A stretch of DNA of 63,446 bases, counting the filler, from Octopus bimaculoides (taxonomy: Eukaryota): assembly GCF_001194135.2 (NCBI RefSeq). It is 10 parts of 9 records of this genome, joined end to end, with 100 filler letters (N's around TTAATTAATTAA, not from the genome) between each part and the next. Parts side by side here need not be neighbours in the genome. Positions count along the whole stretch, not along the records: positions 12,044 to 27,382 come from NC_068997.1; 9 more parts are not named here. One strand, 5' to 3'. A model generated the notes under the pieces. That model searched no databases, was not told the DNA's origin, and worked only from the letters and a program-made list of their open reading frames with translations. A program made the position numbers and the translations under genes. This document shows, one piece after another, positions 12,312 through 25,202 of this stretch; positions within the stretch are counted from its first letter, which is position 1, and every line of letters begins with the position of its first letter.

Positions 12312-13077
12312 GTACTGTCAACTATAATGTTAACACCCAAAATGAGAATAGTAATATCAATGATGAAGTGGAAAATAGAGGTGACAGTGGGAATACTTCT
12401 AATATAAACAATATAGATGATACCTCCGGTGCCTATAAAGCAGTGAAATTATTAGTATGCCTGTTGATGTAGAAGCGGATTTAAATGATACTACAGTTGG
12501 GAGGGAGGTAGAAAATAACAGACGTGATCATAAAATACCTGATAAGAGAAATATTAATCATGAAAATAATAATAATAGGAACTTTAATAATACTAATTTT
12601 AATAGTAATATTTCTCCTAGTTGTAATTCTAGTAATATTTCTCCTAGTTGTAATTCTAGTAATATTTCTCCTAGTTGTAATCCCACTGTCCGTCGTCAGA
12701 ACGTAATTTATAAATGTTCAATAATAACTACAACTAATAATTTCATTTATATTGGTTGTTCGACTAATATGAAGAAATGTCTTTACAATCACGTGTCCTC
12801 TTTTAAGCTTAAACATAAAGCGAATTGTACATCATTATCTAATAAGATTTGGGAATTGAAGGAAAACAGAATTGGGCTTAGCCTTAAATGAGAAATAATA
12901 AGAAAAGCACAGCCTTATAAAAATAGTAGATACGGGTGCGAACTGTATTCTATGGAAACATAAAATTTTTAAGCATAATGATAATTGCAACCTAATTAAC
13001 AATAGATTAGACCTTGGGGTTTCATGCATACATAGTGTCACCCGTACCTTTAAATATTTTCACAAGCAGCACTTATA
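12310..13077 (+). mobile_element. Penelope-like element fragment 1: Asn-rich linker plus GIY-YIG endonuclease (disrupted)
   Basis: NVIYKCSIITTTNNFIYIGCSTNMKKCLYNHVSSFK...TSLSNKIWELKE; continues past a TGA and a frameshift as EIIEKAQPYK...LINNRLDLGVSCIH. Confidence 0.85.
12603..12681 (+). repeat. 27-bp in-frame tandem triplication (SNISPSCNS x3)
   Basis: tagtaatatttctcctagttgtaattc at 12603, 12630 and 12657. Confidence 0.9.
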
Positions 13078-13289
13078 AAGTGTAATAATATATACTTATA
13101 TACTATATATACTTAGGCTTGGACTGAATTGATGAAAACTTACTTTTAATAATTTTAAATATTTTTTACTTTTGAAATCAAAGTACGCTGCATATATTAT
13201 ATAATAAAAGCTATTTAGTATAGTTGGTTAGTGTGATATACAGAGTTAATATACTATCCATATAAATTTTTGCTGCCTAGTTGGTCAGA

Positions 13290-13960
13290 TTTCATCATGG
13301 TTTTAGTAAGTAATCTATTTATCCCTTTCCTATAGTGTTCCACCCTCCTGATCTTAGTATTTATAAGGACCTTTATGTAAATAGCCGTCCAAATTAAGTA
13401 CCCCTGAGAAACTATATTATCATGCATGCATTCACGCTAAAAACTTTTAAAACCTATATTATACCTCTTAGTTTATGGTTAATATATAGTTAGCATGTCC
13501 TATAACTTCTACAGTCCTTTAGTTAAAACCTAGTATCAGTCTTTATAGATACAAACTAAATAAGTTATTAAATATCTTTTAGTTTAAACACTTGAATTAT
13601 TATACATTTTCCATTAATTTTTCTCTATTAGTGTTAATTAAGGTATATATATTTCATCATGGTTTTAGTGATTAAGCTAGTTTATTCTTTTTCTATGAAG
13701 TTCTACCCTACCTGATTATTTTATTATTTTATAATAGCCTTTATAAAATCAAACCCAATTTTGTACCCCTAGGATATTCATATCTAGCTTATATATAACA
13801 GTACCAATATCTTCTTAACTTATCATAAAATGCTTAGATTATTAGTTAATAACCATATAGTTAGCATGTTCTTTTGCCTCAGTACTCTTATTAAATTCCA
13901 GTAAATGCCAATGATCAATCTTCATAGATACCATCTAATAAGTTAATATTTGGGTGTATA
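13290..13960. repeat. Diverged ~365-bp tandem duplication
   Basis: ttcatcatggttttagt at 13291/13653; atatagttagcatgt at 13484/13855; gtacccct and taataag/taaataag also recur. Confidence 0.7.
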
Positions 13961-14598
13961 ATATGAATAAATATTAAACTTTTTCTATGTAATGTTCTTT
14001 CCTCTCTCTGTTGTAGTAAATTGTTTTGGTATATACTTAAAAGTATCCAAAGATTTTATCCTTTTGGGTAAAATATTCTTCTTAATTAACTTTTCTTGAT
14101 AACCCTAAATTTTAAACTTTATTCAATATAGTAATATTGTTCAAATCATTCAGCTATAACATCCCGTGATAAAATTCCCCTTATTACCACTATTGGTTTA
14201 CTGGAGTCTTGCCCTTTTAATTGAATAACTAGCATCTTGATTTAAGATCTTCCTTTACCAAATCTCATTATATTGCTTCAAATTAATCTCGATAGCTTTA
14301 TGACTATTCCCACTATGATTTCTGTCAACTCTCTTGGCCCCTTCCCTAACAGACACTGTTCATTGTTCTTCAGCCTCAGATTTTGATATACAAAGATAAA
14401 CTAGACTATAAATTAAAACTGACCCCAAAACATCAGTGACTAGTTAAATCCCTAAAAGATTTTTTTCCTGATGCCTTACTAGCTTCTAAGTTGAAATGAA
14501 AACAGCATGATCTTTGTCTATCTCCTTACCTTCTTGGAGTAGTTAGGTAAAATTTTATTAATGTGTCCATCTGTTTTAATTTAATTCTATGTATTTAT

Positions 14599-14682
14599 GC
14601 AGCTGAAGATTGCTTTGCGTTTAAATTGATGTAATGATTGCATTGTTCAATTAAATGGAGTCATTTGAAACGATCGTACTGC
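14599..14682 (+). ncRNA. Candidate type I hammerhead ribozyme (intact core letters, long helix/loop II)
   Basis: gcag-CTGAAGA-[57 nt, foldable]-GAA-ACGATCGT-A-ctgc; palindromic helix III; helix I gcag/ctgc; helix II closing pair is U-U. Confidence 0.6.
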
Positions 14683-14809
14683 CTTACCTCTGGATATCCT
14701 GTTGCTTATTTTGATTTTATATATATGCATACATATATGTACATGAATATACACTCATACACACACACATACCCCCCCACACGCACAAATACACATTCAC
14801 CTATACACT

Positions 14810-14878
<69 letters not shown>

Positions 14879-14984
14879 ATAAATCTATGTACACTCATAC
14901 AACTATATATTATTACACATATATACCAGTATTACGCATCTCAACATGCATATATGAATTTCTACACGTAAATGAGAGAAAGGG

Positions 14985-15490
14985 GTGATTATAGATGGGT
15001 ACTTCCGAGTAGAATCTGGGTGCTACCCCATTCGGATTTATGATTTGTACTACTGTATACAGACAGCTTCGGTGACTTGTCTCAACATTGCATTAAAGTC
15101 ATGTGTTGATAGGACATCTAACCTAAGTCTCCTTAGGAGCCATTGTGGGGCTGTTTACAGCATGCTGATAGAAGATGGAATTCGTTTATTTCTCAGTATA
15201 GTTTTCCAAGTGTTCTTTGAAACTATCATTAATGCTCTTAGATGTCACACAAATGTAGGACACTGGGAGAACCACAGAAGTCTCTTCCTGTCACTTAATC
15301 TGATATACATTGTTCTTCGTTTTATTGTTTACATGTAGGCTTGTAGAATATACTACACAATTATTTTGACATCTAATTTTATCAAATGGGTATGATTTAT
15401 TCAATATAGATTTGGTAGTCCTTCTGTCTTTTCTAAGAACCTTGCATTCGGGATATGTGGTGCTGGATATGTTGTCATTCATGTGGTTGG
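14985..15490 (-). mobile_element. Penelope-like element fragment (different GIY-YIG lineage), degraded
   Basis: Minus strand: KSYPFDKIRCQNNCVV...NVYQIK* ... YICVTSKSINDSFKEHLE...YQHAVN...AMLRQVTEAVCI. Confidence 0.6.
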
Positions 15491-15529
15491 CATAATGGGG
15501 ATACGTTCTTCATTACTCTAAGTCTTCCA

Positions 15530-16320
15530 CGAGGATGTTGATTTTCGCAGTACCTAACAGCACTGAGTCACTACGGATTACAAGTGGATTAGCCATAGGT
15601 GTATAATAGTGAAGTAAACAGATACTGAGCTGTGGATAGAAGATACTATGATCAACGGAAATGTTAAACTCTGTTATAACTGCCATTATATGTATTTCAG
15701 TTTCTTTCTTAAAGTCTCCGTTCTTCAGCCATAACCAAAACTCCTCTGCAGCGACGTCCTGCATTTGTCCGAGATGCTGGAGTGAAGTTATTTCACGCTG
15801 ATATTTCTTTCTCGCTCCTGGTTTCTCCTTTTTGCTTTGTTTTTTGTATTCTGTTGCCGCCTCTGCAGCTTCATTCTCCTCTCCTCTGGCAGCTGAAATT
15901 AATCTTTCTGGGTTGCTTCTCACATACTCTTGTATATTTCGTGATACAATCTCTACAGTCTTCTATTGAAAGCAAATCACACCCGCTCCGCCACATTTTT
16001 CCGTGGTAGGTATGATCTGTGGACACTGTCTGTGCGACGTTGGAATCTGGACATGGACATTAACTTGCTAGTTTTACAGTTTATGTCTCTTAGTTGTTCC
16101 CTAATCCAGTTCAGAAAAATAGCAGAATATCTTATTACAAAGACCACCCATGTGTTTATAGCAGAGATGCTTTTCCTTCCATTCAGTTATGAGCTTAGCG
16201 CTCCTTTTATTTTCCTCCAGAGATATTCATTTCTTGCTTTCTCTTTGATTCCTTGGCTGAGGATTCTGTCTCCAATACACCAAGGTACTTGTAACTGTCA
16301 CCCTCATTCATTGTAATTGT
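15530..16320 (-). mobile_element. R4/Dong-type RLE non-LTR retrotransposon fragment
   Basis: GDSYKYLGVLE..., AINTW, IRYSA, ...LLSIEDC, WLWLKNGDFKKETE; many stops and frameshifts. Confidence 0.8.
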
Positions 16321-16329
16321 TACCTTCAT

Positions 16330-18950
16330 CCACTTTTCTGTTGTTTTGAATCGAATCCATTCACACGGCTAATAAGATCCCAATGCACACTTTTGCCTGT
16401 ACAGTCATGTCTTTATTTACACTCTGTTTGTGCTACTATATTGCACTTATTCAAAAGATCATCGATACTTTCCTCTTTTTTCGAGCAAATTCTACATGTA
16501 CTGTCTGAGTGAGTTTTGTCAATCTTTGCCATAAGATTTGTTATAATGGCTTGTTCCTTAGCGACTATAATTTGCGTCTTATTCTTCTGTTCAGAATTCC
16601 ATCCATCAACCAGAAACATCATTAATTATTTCCAACATTTTCGGCTTGTGGCATAAATTGGCCATGTAATCCTATTTCTTTCCATTTTTTGTGTCGCTTT
16701 GCCCTCCATTCTCTCTCTGAATTCCTTCGCTGTTTCAGCAACTTTCTGGGTATCTCTAACTGCTGGTAGTATTCTCCGTTCAGTCTGCACACCAATTGTT
16801 CAGCCTCAATATCTCAGTACAAATGGTATCTTCTGCTTTTCGTAACCTGCCGCCTCCTTCATTTCTTGGTAGGCAGAGTCTGTTGCTATTTCTTTTAGGG
16901 TGGTGCGCATTGTACATTGTGTGCAGTTTTCTTATTCTTCTATCGAAGTTCCACCCATGCTCGGCCTTTGTGCATTCCAGAAAGGAATCAGTGTATCTTA
17001 ATACTGGCATAGCTCATGTGTTTGTTTATAGCTTTGACAATATTTCTTCCATACAGTTTCGTTTTGAGTACCTTCCAAATTTTATTCCTGTACCCGTAAG
17101 AAATTTTCTTTCTCATTTCTCCGTCCTTTCACTTATCATCTTGCAGTACTCCTGGGTATTCATACCCCTCAGTATTCCACAATGATATTGTCGTGTACTC
17201 CTCGCACCCCTCATTATTCCACAATGATATTGTCGTGTACTCCTCGCACCCCTCATTATTCCACAATGATATTGTCTTGTAATAGTTTTATGCCATCAGA
17301 GTTTGTCTTCCGACCTCTTGCTCTTTGCATCAAAGAATCAGGACCTTCTCGTTCTTTGAGGTCATCAATATAAAGCAGGTTATTTATTTTCAACTTGGTT
17401 TTGAGAAATACATATGTAGGCCATATATGGCTGTATACATATGCGAGAATTTTGAACCAGAATCCCCGGACATCATTAGGTCCGAGGGCTTTCCAGTTTG
17501 ATATTCTTTTGATCATTTCTTTTACTTTCTTACCCGTAATTGTTGCATTTCCTTGTGTCACTCCATCTTCGATTTCTCTTTTAAATTCCAGTAACCAGTC
17601 TGCTTTTACATAATGTTGGGCTTACTTAATGCTTCAGTATCTAGCATATCATTCCCCCGATGCTCCTCTTCATTGTTCTGTTCAAAGAATTTACTTTCAC
17701 TGCCCTCGAATAATCTATTATGATGGTACTGATTTGTTTTCTATTGGTAACTTATTTTTTTGTTACCTAACAGTTTTTTCATTTTTCCTCTTTATTCTTT
17801 TTTAAGTATTTTCAGTCCTTTGCATCTTATATTTCCTCTGTAGTTCCTGTGTCTTTCCATCACCTTATTGTTTTCTATGATTGCATGTTTCCATGGAAAA
17901 CACCTTTTAAGTTGTTCAATTTGATTTTCAGGTCTTCGTTCCCATCATGGCAATTTGTCCTCTGTTTTCCATTACCTTTTAACTCTAAGCATTTGAACGG
18001 CGACTAAGCTGCTCAGTATATATGGTCGCTTAGATCTGTTATATTTTCAATGTAGATTGCATTAACGGCTCGTCTATCGTTTTTATGAAATTTCTTAGTT
18101 TTCCACTTTCAGTTCTTCTCAGAAATGTTAGTCGCTTTCTTTCACTATTTCGTTCTCATTCAGGTATTTAATAAGTTTTGTTCTTCTGTAATAATCTTTC
18201 CGTTCATGAAGTAGAATTTGTCTTCATCCAGCTATTTCTTGAGCAAGGGTTTACTAATCTCTCCGCACGTCTATGTACTTGTTCTGCTTCAATTACTTCA
18301 TGCTCAGCGTGGTCATGTTCACACACTATTGTGGAGATTTCCTCCATTTCCAACGGGGATGTCCACTATCTTTTCGCGATTAGTTTTTTTAGTCTAGAGG
18401 TCTTTGTCCTGTAGAAAAGAACATATTTTTCTCTGCTCATATTTATTTATTCTTTCTTTGCACCATATTTTCGTAGTCTCACTTCTGTAATAGCATTCCA
18501 TTATAGTTTTGTTGTTGTTTTGAGTTCTCCTAATCTTTGGAGCAGTATTTGATAATGACCAGGCCAACCTTGCTGCGTAGTGGAACACTTGCCATGCGAG
18601 AGGCCATTACTCAGAGTTTGGGTTTCATTAACTTAGTTGTGATATATTTGGCATTACACTCATAAAGAGGACTGTGTTGGTGAGGTGTCACAACCACCAA
18701 AGTTTTTTATTGATACAACATTTCTTTGGGAGTGCTGGCAAAGTCTAAAGAGACCTTTCACCCTCTGTGATAGATTTATCCTCATCGAAGAGGTTCTCTG
18801 CTGTTTTTTTCTGGGGCTATTTATTATTACTGTTAACCTAAGCGGTAACGCCTTTATAGGTACTACAAATACACAAATATTACTTGGATGGTTGTTGACT
18901 CTTCAGACTTCATCCACCCCATGAAAAGTTTTGTTTTTCGTCCAGTAGTA
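16330..18950 (-). mobile_element. Long decayed R4/Dong-type element (N-terminus, RT, CCHC knuckle)
   Basis: TIMECYYRS N-terminal motif, NWKALGPNDVRGFWFK, NLLYIDDLK, AHHPKRNSNRLCLPRNEGGG, CRICSKKEESIDDLLNKC, RHD. Confidence 0.85.
17164..17276. repeat. Near-perfect 42-bp tandem repeat (about 2.7 copies) inside the RLE relic
   Basis: tattccacaatgatattgtc at 17173, 17215 and 17257. Confidence 0.9.
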
Positions 18951-19779
18951 CTTCCAAATAACAAGCAAAAAAAAAAGAGCCTCCTCACAGAGTGCACTCT
19001 GGGGCTGTTGCCGGTTTAGTCGGGAATGGCTTGACTTTGTGGAAGTTGATCACCATTCAGTCATTCGGGCATGATTTGATTTCACTATTTCAGTCTTAAT
19101 GGTGTCGGAGAGGTGAATGTTACGAGTCTGAATCAATCAAGTACAAGTGAGACGAGGGAAGAAGAGGAGGTACAGGAAAGAGAGAGAAATGAGAGAGGAA
19201 AGAAAATGTGCTTCATAGTGCGACCGTATATAAGAGATTGAGGTGAAAGTGGTGGGTTCAGTGGGTGAGTGCAATAGTCGCGAGAGAAGGTGGGAAAGTC
19301 TCTTACTGAGTGAGGAAACAAAAGAGCAACACATATATCGATGACAGAGAGAAAGAGAGAGAAATATAGTGATGTAGGCAGTTAAATATTTTGGGATCAA
19401 TACACAATGATCTTCAAAACAACAAAAAAACATATATTGTTACGATTAAAGAATAGCTCACTTTCCGTTAAAATAGGGATTTAGAATTTAGAGTCAGCTT
19501 CATAGATGTTAGGGAAATGAAGGTGAATCGTATGATTAGAGGAAGTGTGGTGCAGCTTATAGTTTTGTATGGAATCTCAAAATCATCAAAAGTATCAGAA
19601 AGAGAGAGAGGAAGAAAGAGAAGAGAGAGAGAGGAAGAAAGAGAAGAGAGAGAGAGGAAGAAAGAGAAGACGGAGAGAGGAAGAAAGAGAATAGAGAGAG
19701 AGAGGGAGGGAGGGATCAAAAGATAGTGATACAGGAAGTTAAGCATTTTGGGTTTAACAAACTGATCTTTCGATAAAAA

Positions 19780-20960
19780 CTATGATTATCTTTGTCATCA
19801 TTCTTATTTGACGAAAACTCTCAGCTTAAGTTGTTGGGTATAATGGAAAGTGTCACCCTGCGAAGAATTCTTGCAGTTCTAAGCAATGTTGATTTTTGTA
19901 ACTGTTCTATCTTCACACTTTCACCAATCTTTTTCAGCCACGTTGGTAGCTAAGTGCTGCTGCTTCCAAGGGTACCAATTACTATTGGTATCACATGTAT
20001 TCTCCTCATTGACCACAACCTTCACATTTCCCACTTCAAATCGTCAGGGTTGTTTACATTTTCTTTTTTTCTCTTTGATCCTGTTGTCACCGGGGCATGC
20101 TATATCGATTATCGTGCATTTTCTTTCTTTCTTATTCACCACAACAATGTCCAGTTTCCGATGTATGGTCAGGTGATCACACTGAATCATTGCATCTCAT
20201 AGGATTTTGCCGTTCTCATTCTCGGTGACTCCTGGGTTTTCTCATACCACATCTTTGCTCTTTGCTGGCATTGATTTTCACAGAGCTTCCAACGAATCAT
20301 TCTTACCAAATTACCAAATTTTGCATTTGAGTTGTACCAATTTCGGGCATTCACTAACGACGTGCCATACAGTTTCATTCATCTCACCACACATTCTGCA
20401 TTTGTTGCTGTCGGTAGTGTTGTCGATTCTGCATTTCTCATAGTTAGTCCTTAACGCTTGTTCTTGAGCTGCGCGTATAAGTGCTTCTGTCTCTATATTC
20501 AGGTTACAACTACCAGCCACCGTTCTTCTGTATCTGTCTTGGTGTTCGTATCTCTTACAAACTGAACGTACATTTTCATTCCATCCAAGCTGTTTTCTGC
20601 CTCTATAAATTTTTATTTCTTTATATATTTCTCAGTCTTAATGGTACCGGCCTCCTTCGCATGTTTCTACAATGGGCCCACGGCATTTTTATATACCACA
20701 AGAAGCTGTGTTCCTCTGCTTAGACAAAATCCTGGCAAATGATCCAGCCCTCCCCAACCACTCTTCTGAAAAAGTACAACCTATCGGTCTACTCAGAGTA
20801 GTAGGGTCCGTGCACTATCAACATTCTTTTCACTTCATATCCATTTTCATCAGTTCTTTGTTTTTGTAATTTTATAATTCCAGCTCTATACCGAAGTGAT
20901 GCCATCATCCATTTATTAATTGCTTGGATTTTATTCCATCCGGTCAGTTTTGAGCACCAC
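19780..20960 (-). mobile_element. R4/Dong-type fragment with Zn knuckle and restriction-like endonuclease
   Basis: ETEALIRAAQEQALRTNY...CRMCGEMNETVWHVVSEC; ILWDAMIQCDH...KLDIVVVNKKE...IIDIACPGD. Confidence 0.85.
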
Positions 20961-21176
20961 ACCAACCTTAGCTTTCGAGTGAGCAGGCAGAATCATTTTC
21001 ACGCCGGATAGAATGCTTAGCAGCATTTCGTCCGTCTTAGCGTTCTGAATCCAAATTAAGCTAAGGAGTCAATAAAATAAATGCCAGTGAAATAAAGGAA
21101 CTGATGTAATCGAGTAGCCCCCTCCCCTAAAATTTCAGGTCTTGTGCCTATAGTAGAATGAATTGTTATTATTATT

Positions 21177-21218
<42 letters not shown>

Positions 21219-21249
21219 GCTGTTGCTGTTGCTGTTGTTGTTATTATTA

Positions 21250-22215
21250 TTTTCTCTTTATCCACTCTATTGCAGATGAAGTACAGCGGAGGTACTTGCT
21301 CATTCCTCAGGTTGACCCCTTGGTCTTGCGCTACTAGTACAGTGCTCTCGGTCTTTCTTTTTGGGGTTGCTTTCATCAGCCTATCCACTTATTTTTTCCA
21401 GCAACTTCTGTTATGACTACATGGGACTGATTGCGTAGTCCCTTCTTGCGTAATTCTTCTTCAATTCCTTTTTGTACATCTTCCTTTGTTTTCCCTTTTT
21501 TTCTTTGCCCCTAAATACACCTTCATTCCTAACTGTTACTAGCAAAGTTTCCTTACTTTGGACTAGGTATATCATTAAGCTCATGAGTTCGATATGGGTG
21601 CAGTCTTTCACACTTATCAGTCCCCTGCACCCATTTGCTCTCTTCATGTGCAGGTGATTAGTGTCTGCACGTGGATGATGGGCTCCAAGCAACGTTAGTA
21701 CCTTTCTTGACTTCCTGTCCATCTCCTTTAGCTCCTCCCTCTCTGTCCACTTCAGGATTCCAGTGCCATATCGAACTCCTGCGATTACACCAGAGTTTAT
21801 GGCCAAATTATGTTACTGGCATTCCGTTTGAAGCCAATATTTTCCTCACTCACCGCAGGTACTCTTTTTTTGTCTTTTTCTTCATGTCGTGGTGTTTGAT
21901 TCCACCTGCCTCAAGTATTCCCAGGTATTTATAACTAGATTGAGGTTGAATTGCCTTCATCATTTCACCACTTGGCAAAACTATGCCTTCTCTCCTGGGA
22001 AGCTTTCCTCATCTCATCACCATTGTAGCACATTTTGAGAGTCTAAACTCCATCTTGATATAATTGGAGGAAATTCAGACAGACTGGACAAGGCTGTCCA
22101 GTTCTGCCTCAGTTTTTGTGAACAGCTACAGGATGTCCATGTATAAGCAAGTAATTTAGTTTTTCCTTACCTCTTCCCAGATGATACCACAACTTTGTTT
22201 TCTCTAGTATTTAAT
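21250..22215 (-). mobile_element. R4/Dong-type fragment (RT end to post-RT domain)
   Basis: LYMDIL, SYKYLGILE, VRYGTGILKW, GAHHPRADTNHLHMKRANGCRGLISVKDC. Confidence 0.85.
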
Positions 22216-22518
22216 TCAAGGTAATCATTCCCATTATAATTGTTGTTGTTGTAAAGGTGGCAAGCTGGCAGAATCGTTAGTACGCCGGGAGAAATGTTTA
22301 GTGGTATTCTGTTTACCGCTACGTTATGAGTTCAAATTCTGCTGAGGTCGACTTTGCCTTTCATCCTTTTGGGGTCGATGAAATAAGTACCTGTTACGCA
22401 CCAAGGTCGATGTTATCGACTAGCCCCTCCCCCCAAATTTCAGGCCTTGTGTGTATAATAGAAAAGATTATTATTGTTGTTATTATTAAATAAAACTTTA
22501 TACCTGTGATTTTTGCAG

Positions 22519-22599
22519 CTTTAACCAAACCACGCCCAAGAGCTTCTCTAGCAAATGGATCCAACTGGAAGTCTTCTCTTCTTCCAATCACAGAAATAA
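22519..22599 (+). CDS. Candidate 81-nt internal exon of an unidentified host gene
   Basis: tgatttttgcag| acceptor and |GTAAGT donor; length divisible by 3; two open frames (ALTKPRPRASLANGSNWKSSLLPITEI or FNQTTPKSFSSKWIQLEVFSSSNHRN); no homology recognised. Confidence 0.4.
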
Positions 22600-23044
22600 G
22601 TAAGTTTGGCAATGATGAATACCATAGGCGTTTTATCAAATGAATCGTAGTTTCCATAGAGATTTTGTGATTCACACGGACAAACTGTGTGTGAGAAAAA
22701 GAAACACATTGTTTTACGTAATCTAATGTTTGATATAATGGGAAAAAGCAATTTAGTGAATAAATTTTATTGTGATGTTTTATTGTATGTATCCATTATA
22801 TTGAGAATGGTGGTATTTGACATTAAATAATTGAGAAGTTATAGGTTTGTCCTGTCTCAGATGAAGTCAGGATAATTCAAGCAACAATTTCACTGAATAT
22901 TGGACATTGATTTTATTGTAATAATTATTTATCATATGTTGGCTGGAAAACGATGATCATCCTATGGATACCAACTGGTGGAATAAATATAGCCATCCCA
23001 TACTTCCTGACTTTCATATATACATACATACATACATACATACA

Positions 23045-23079
<35 letters not shown>

Positions 23080-23323
23080 TTGCTTGAAAGAGTTCCAACA
23101 CTGTCTGTTTTTTATGTTTTATTTATATTCCTGCAGAACTAATGTGGGGTATAGAATATGGAATATACAATATATAATATGATATACAATATACAATATA
23201 AAATAAAATAAAATGAAAATGGATGGCACCATGAAAGAAAGTATTGAATGTAGATGAAATATTGAGTGTTCAATATAAAGGATCAAATATATAAATATAT
23301 AAATATAAATATATATATATAAA

Positions 23324-23363
23324 GGCGACTCGAGTTTCAGGGCTATTTCCCTTCGTCATGGCC
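23324..23363 (-). ncRNA. Minimal type I hammerhead motif at the distal end of the left Penelope arm (1-nt insertion in core)
   Basis: ggc-C(a)TGACGA-aggg aaatag ccct-GAA-ACTCGAGT-C-gcc. Confidence 0.65.
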
Positions 23364-24258
23364 GGTATGACAGACTGTCTGTCNNNNNNNNNNNNNNNNN
23401 NNNNNNNNNNNNNNNNNNNNNNNNNNNNNNNNNNNNNNNNNNNNNNNNNNNNNNNNNNNNNNNNNNNNNNNNNNNNNNNNNNNNNNNNNNNNNNNNNNNN
23501 NNNNNNNNNNNNNNNNNNNNNNNNNNNNNNNNNNNNNNNNNNNNNNNNNNNNNNNNNNNNNNNNNNNNNNNNNNNNNNNNNNNNNNNNNNNNNNNNNNNN
23601 NNNNNNNNNNNNNNNNNNNNNNNNNNNNNNNNNNNNNNNNNNNNNNNNNNNNNNNNNNNNNNNNNNNNNNNNNNNNNNNNNNNNNNNNNNNNNNNNNNNN
23701 NNNNNNNNNNNNNNNNNNNNNNNNNNNNNNNNNNNNNNNNNNNNNNNNNNNNNNNNNNNNNNNNNNNNNNNNNNNNNNNNNNNNNNNNNNNNNNNNNNNN
23801 NNNNNNNNNNNNNNNNNNNNNNNNNNNNNNNNNNNNNNNNNNNNNNNNNNNNNNNNNNNNNNNNNNNNNNNNNNNNNNNNNNNNNNNNNNNNNNNNNNNN
23901 NNNNNNNNNNNNNNNNNNNNNNNNNNNNNNNNNNNNNNNNNNNNNNNNNNNNNNNNNNNNNNNNNNNNNNNNNNNNNNNNNNNNNNNNNNNNNNNNNNNN
24001 NNNNNNNNNNNNNNNNNNNNNNNNNNNNNNNNNNNNNNNNNNNNNNNNNNNNNNNNNNNNNNNNNNNNNNNNNNNNNNNNNNNNNNNNNNNNNNNNNNNN
24101 NNNNNNNNNNNNNNNNNNNNNNNNNNNNNNNNNNNNNNNNNNNNNNNNNNNNNNNNNNNNNNNNNNNNNNNNNNNNNNNNNNNNNNNNNNNNNNNNNNNN
24201 NNNNNNNNNNNNNNNNNNNNNNNNNNNNNNNNNNNNNNNNNNNNNNNNNNNNNNNNNA

Positions 24259-25197
24259 AAGGTCCGTTAATGGGAGAAAACCCCTCATAATATTATTAAT
24301 AAATTATAAACAATCACATATTACAATGGAAATCTATATTATATTATCTCTAGAAGCTTTAGCAAAAAACACAACTGCTATTGGTAAATTATACATTGAT
24401 ATGGCCTGTCTTAAGACCTAATATTATACTATAATGTACTATAATACCCAGTCATACTACAATTGATAATTCATTTAAACCACAGAAATGTGTGTCTTGG
24501 AAAATGTGTACATCTTAGAGCATTATTTGTTAGTTTATTTATCAACTTACCCTTAGAGAATAATATAAAATATAGTTCTAAATTACATAACGAACAATAT
24601 CTCCTACCTTTGTCATACGGGAAAGACATGATGATCGGCCATTCTAACGAATATTGCTTTTTTTGTTCTTTCAGTTCCTAAATGAATTTACTAAGACTAG
24701 TGCTTGCTATTTTACTTCTATCTCTAAAGGTACTATAATGATAAGATAATCTTTTACAGATTTGTCCCGAAGTACACCCCAGGTATCGGCTAACATCTGT
24801 CAGAGTCCTTACCTTACATTGATAAACTACATTTCTAACTCTCGCATTAGGGCTTGCAAACTTCAATCTTCTGGGGTTGACTTCTGTTACTGTAATCATA
24901 TTCCGATTATTATTACTATTATTATTATTATTATTGTTATTATTATTATTATCATTTATATCAGGGTTCATATCACTATCCACCCCTATTCCTTTTGATT
25001 TAAGTATTTTAAAATTATGAGCTATAGAATTGAGCTTCATTATCAAAAATCTTATCATTAGCAGATAATCTAGAGAGTCTTAATGAAATATTTGTAACTA
25101 AATTATCAATAATTTTTCTAGGATGGTTACTCCACTTATTTATATATTTTAGTTTAGCTGAAGGTTTATGATATGGTTTATATGCCTCATTTTTAAC
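24259..25197 (-). mobile_element. Inverted partial copy (left arm / inverted pseudo-LTR) of the Penelope-like element
   Basis: Reverse complement of 25882-27196 with 26056-26438 missing; extends into the N gap 23384-24258. Confidence 0.9.
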
Positions 25198-25202
25198 CCT
25201 TG

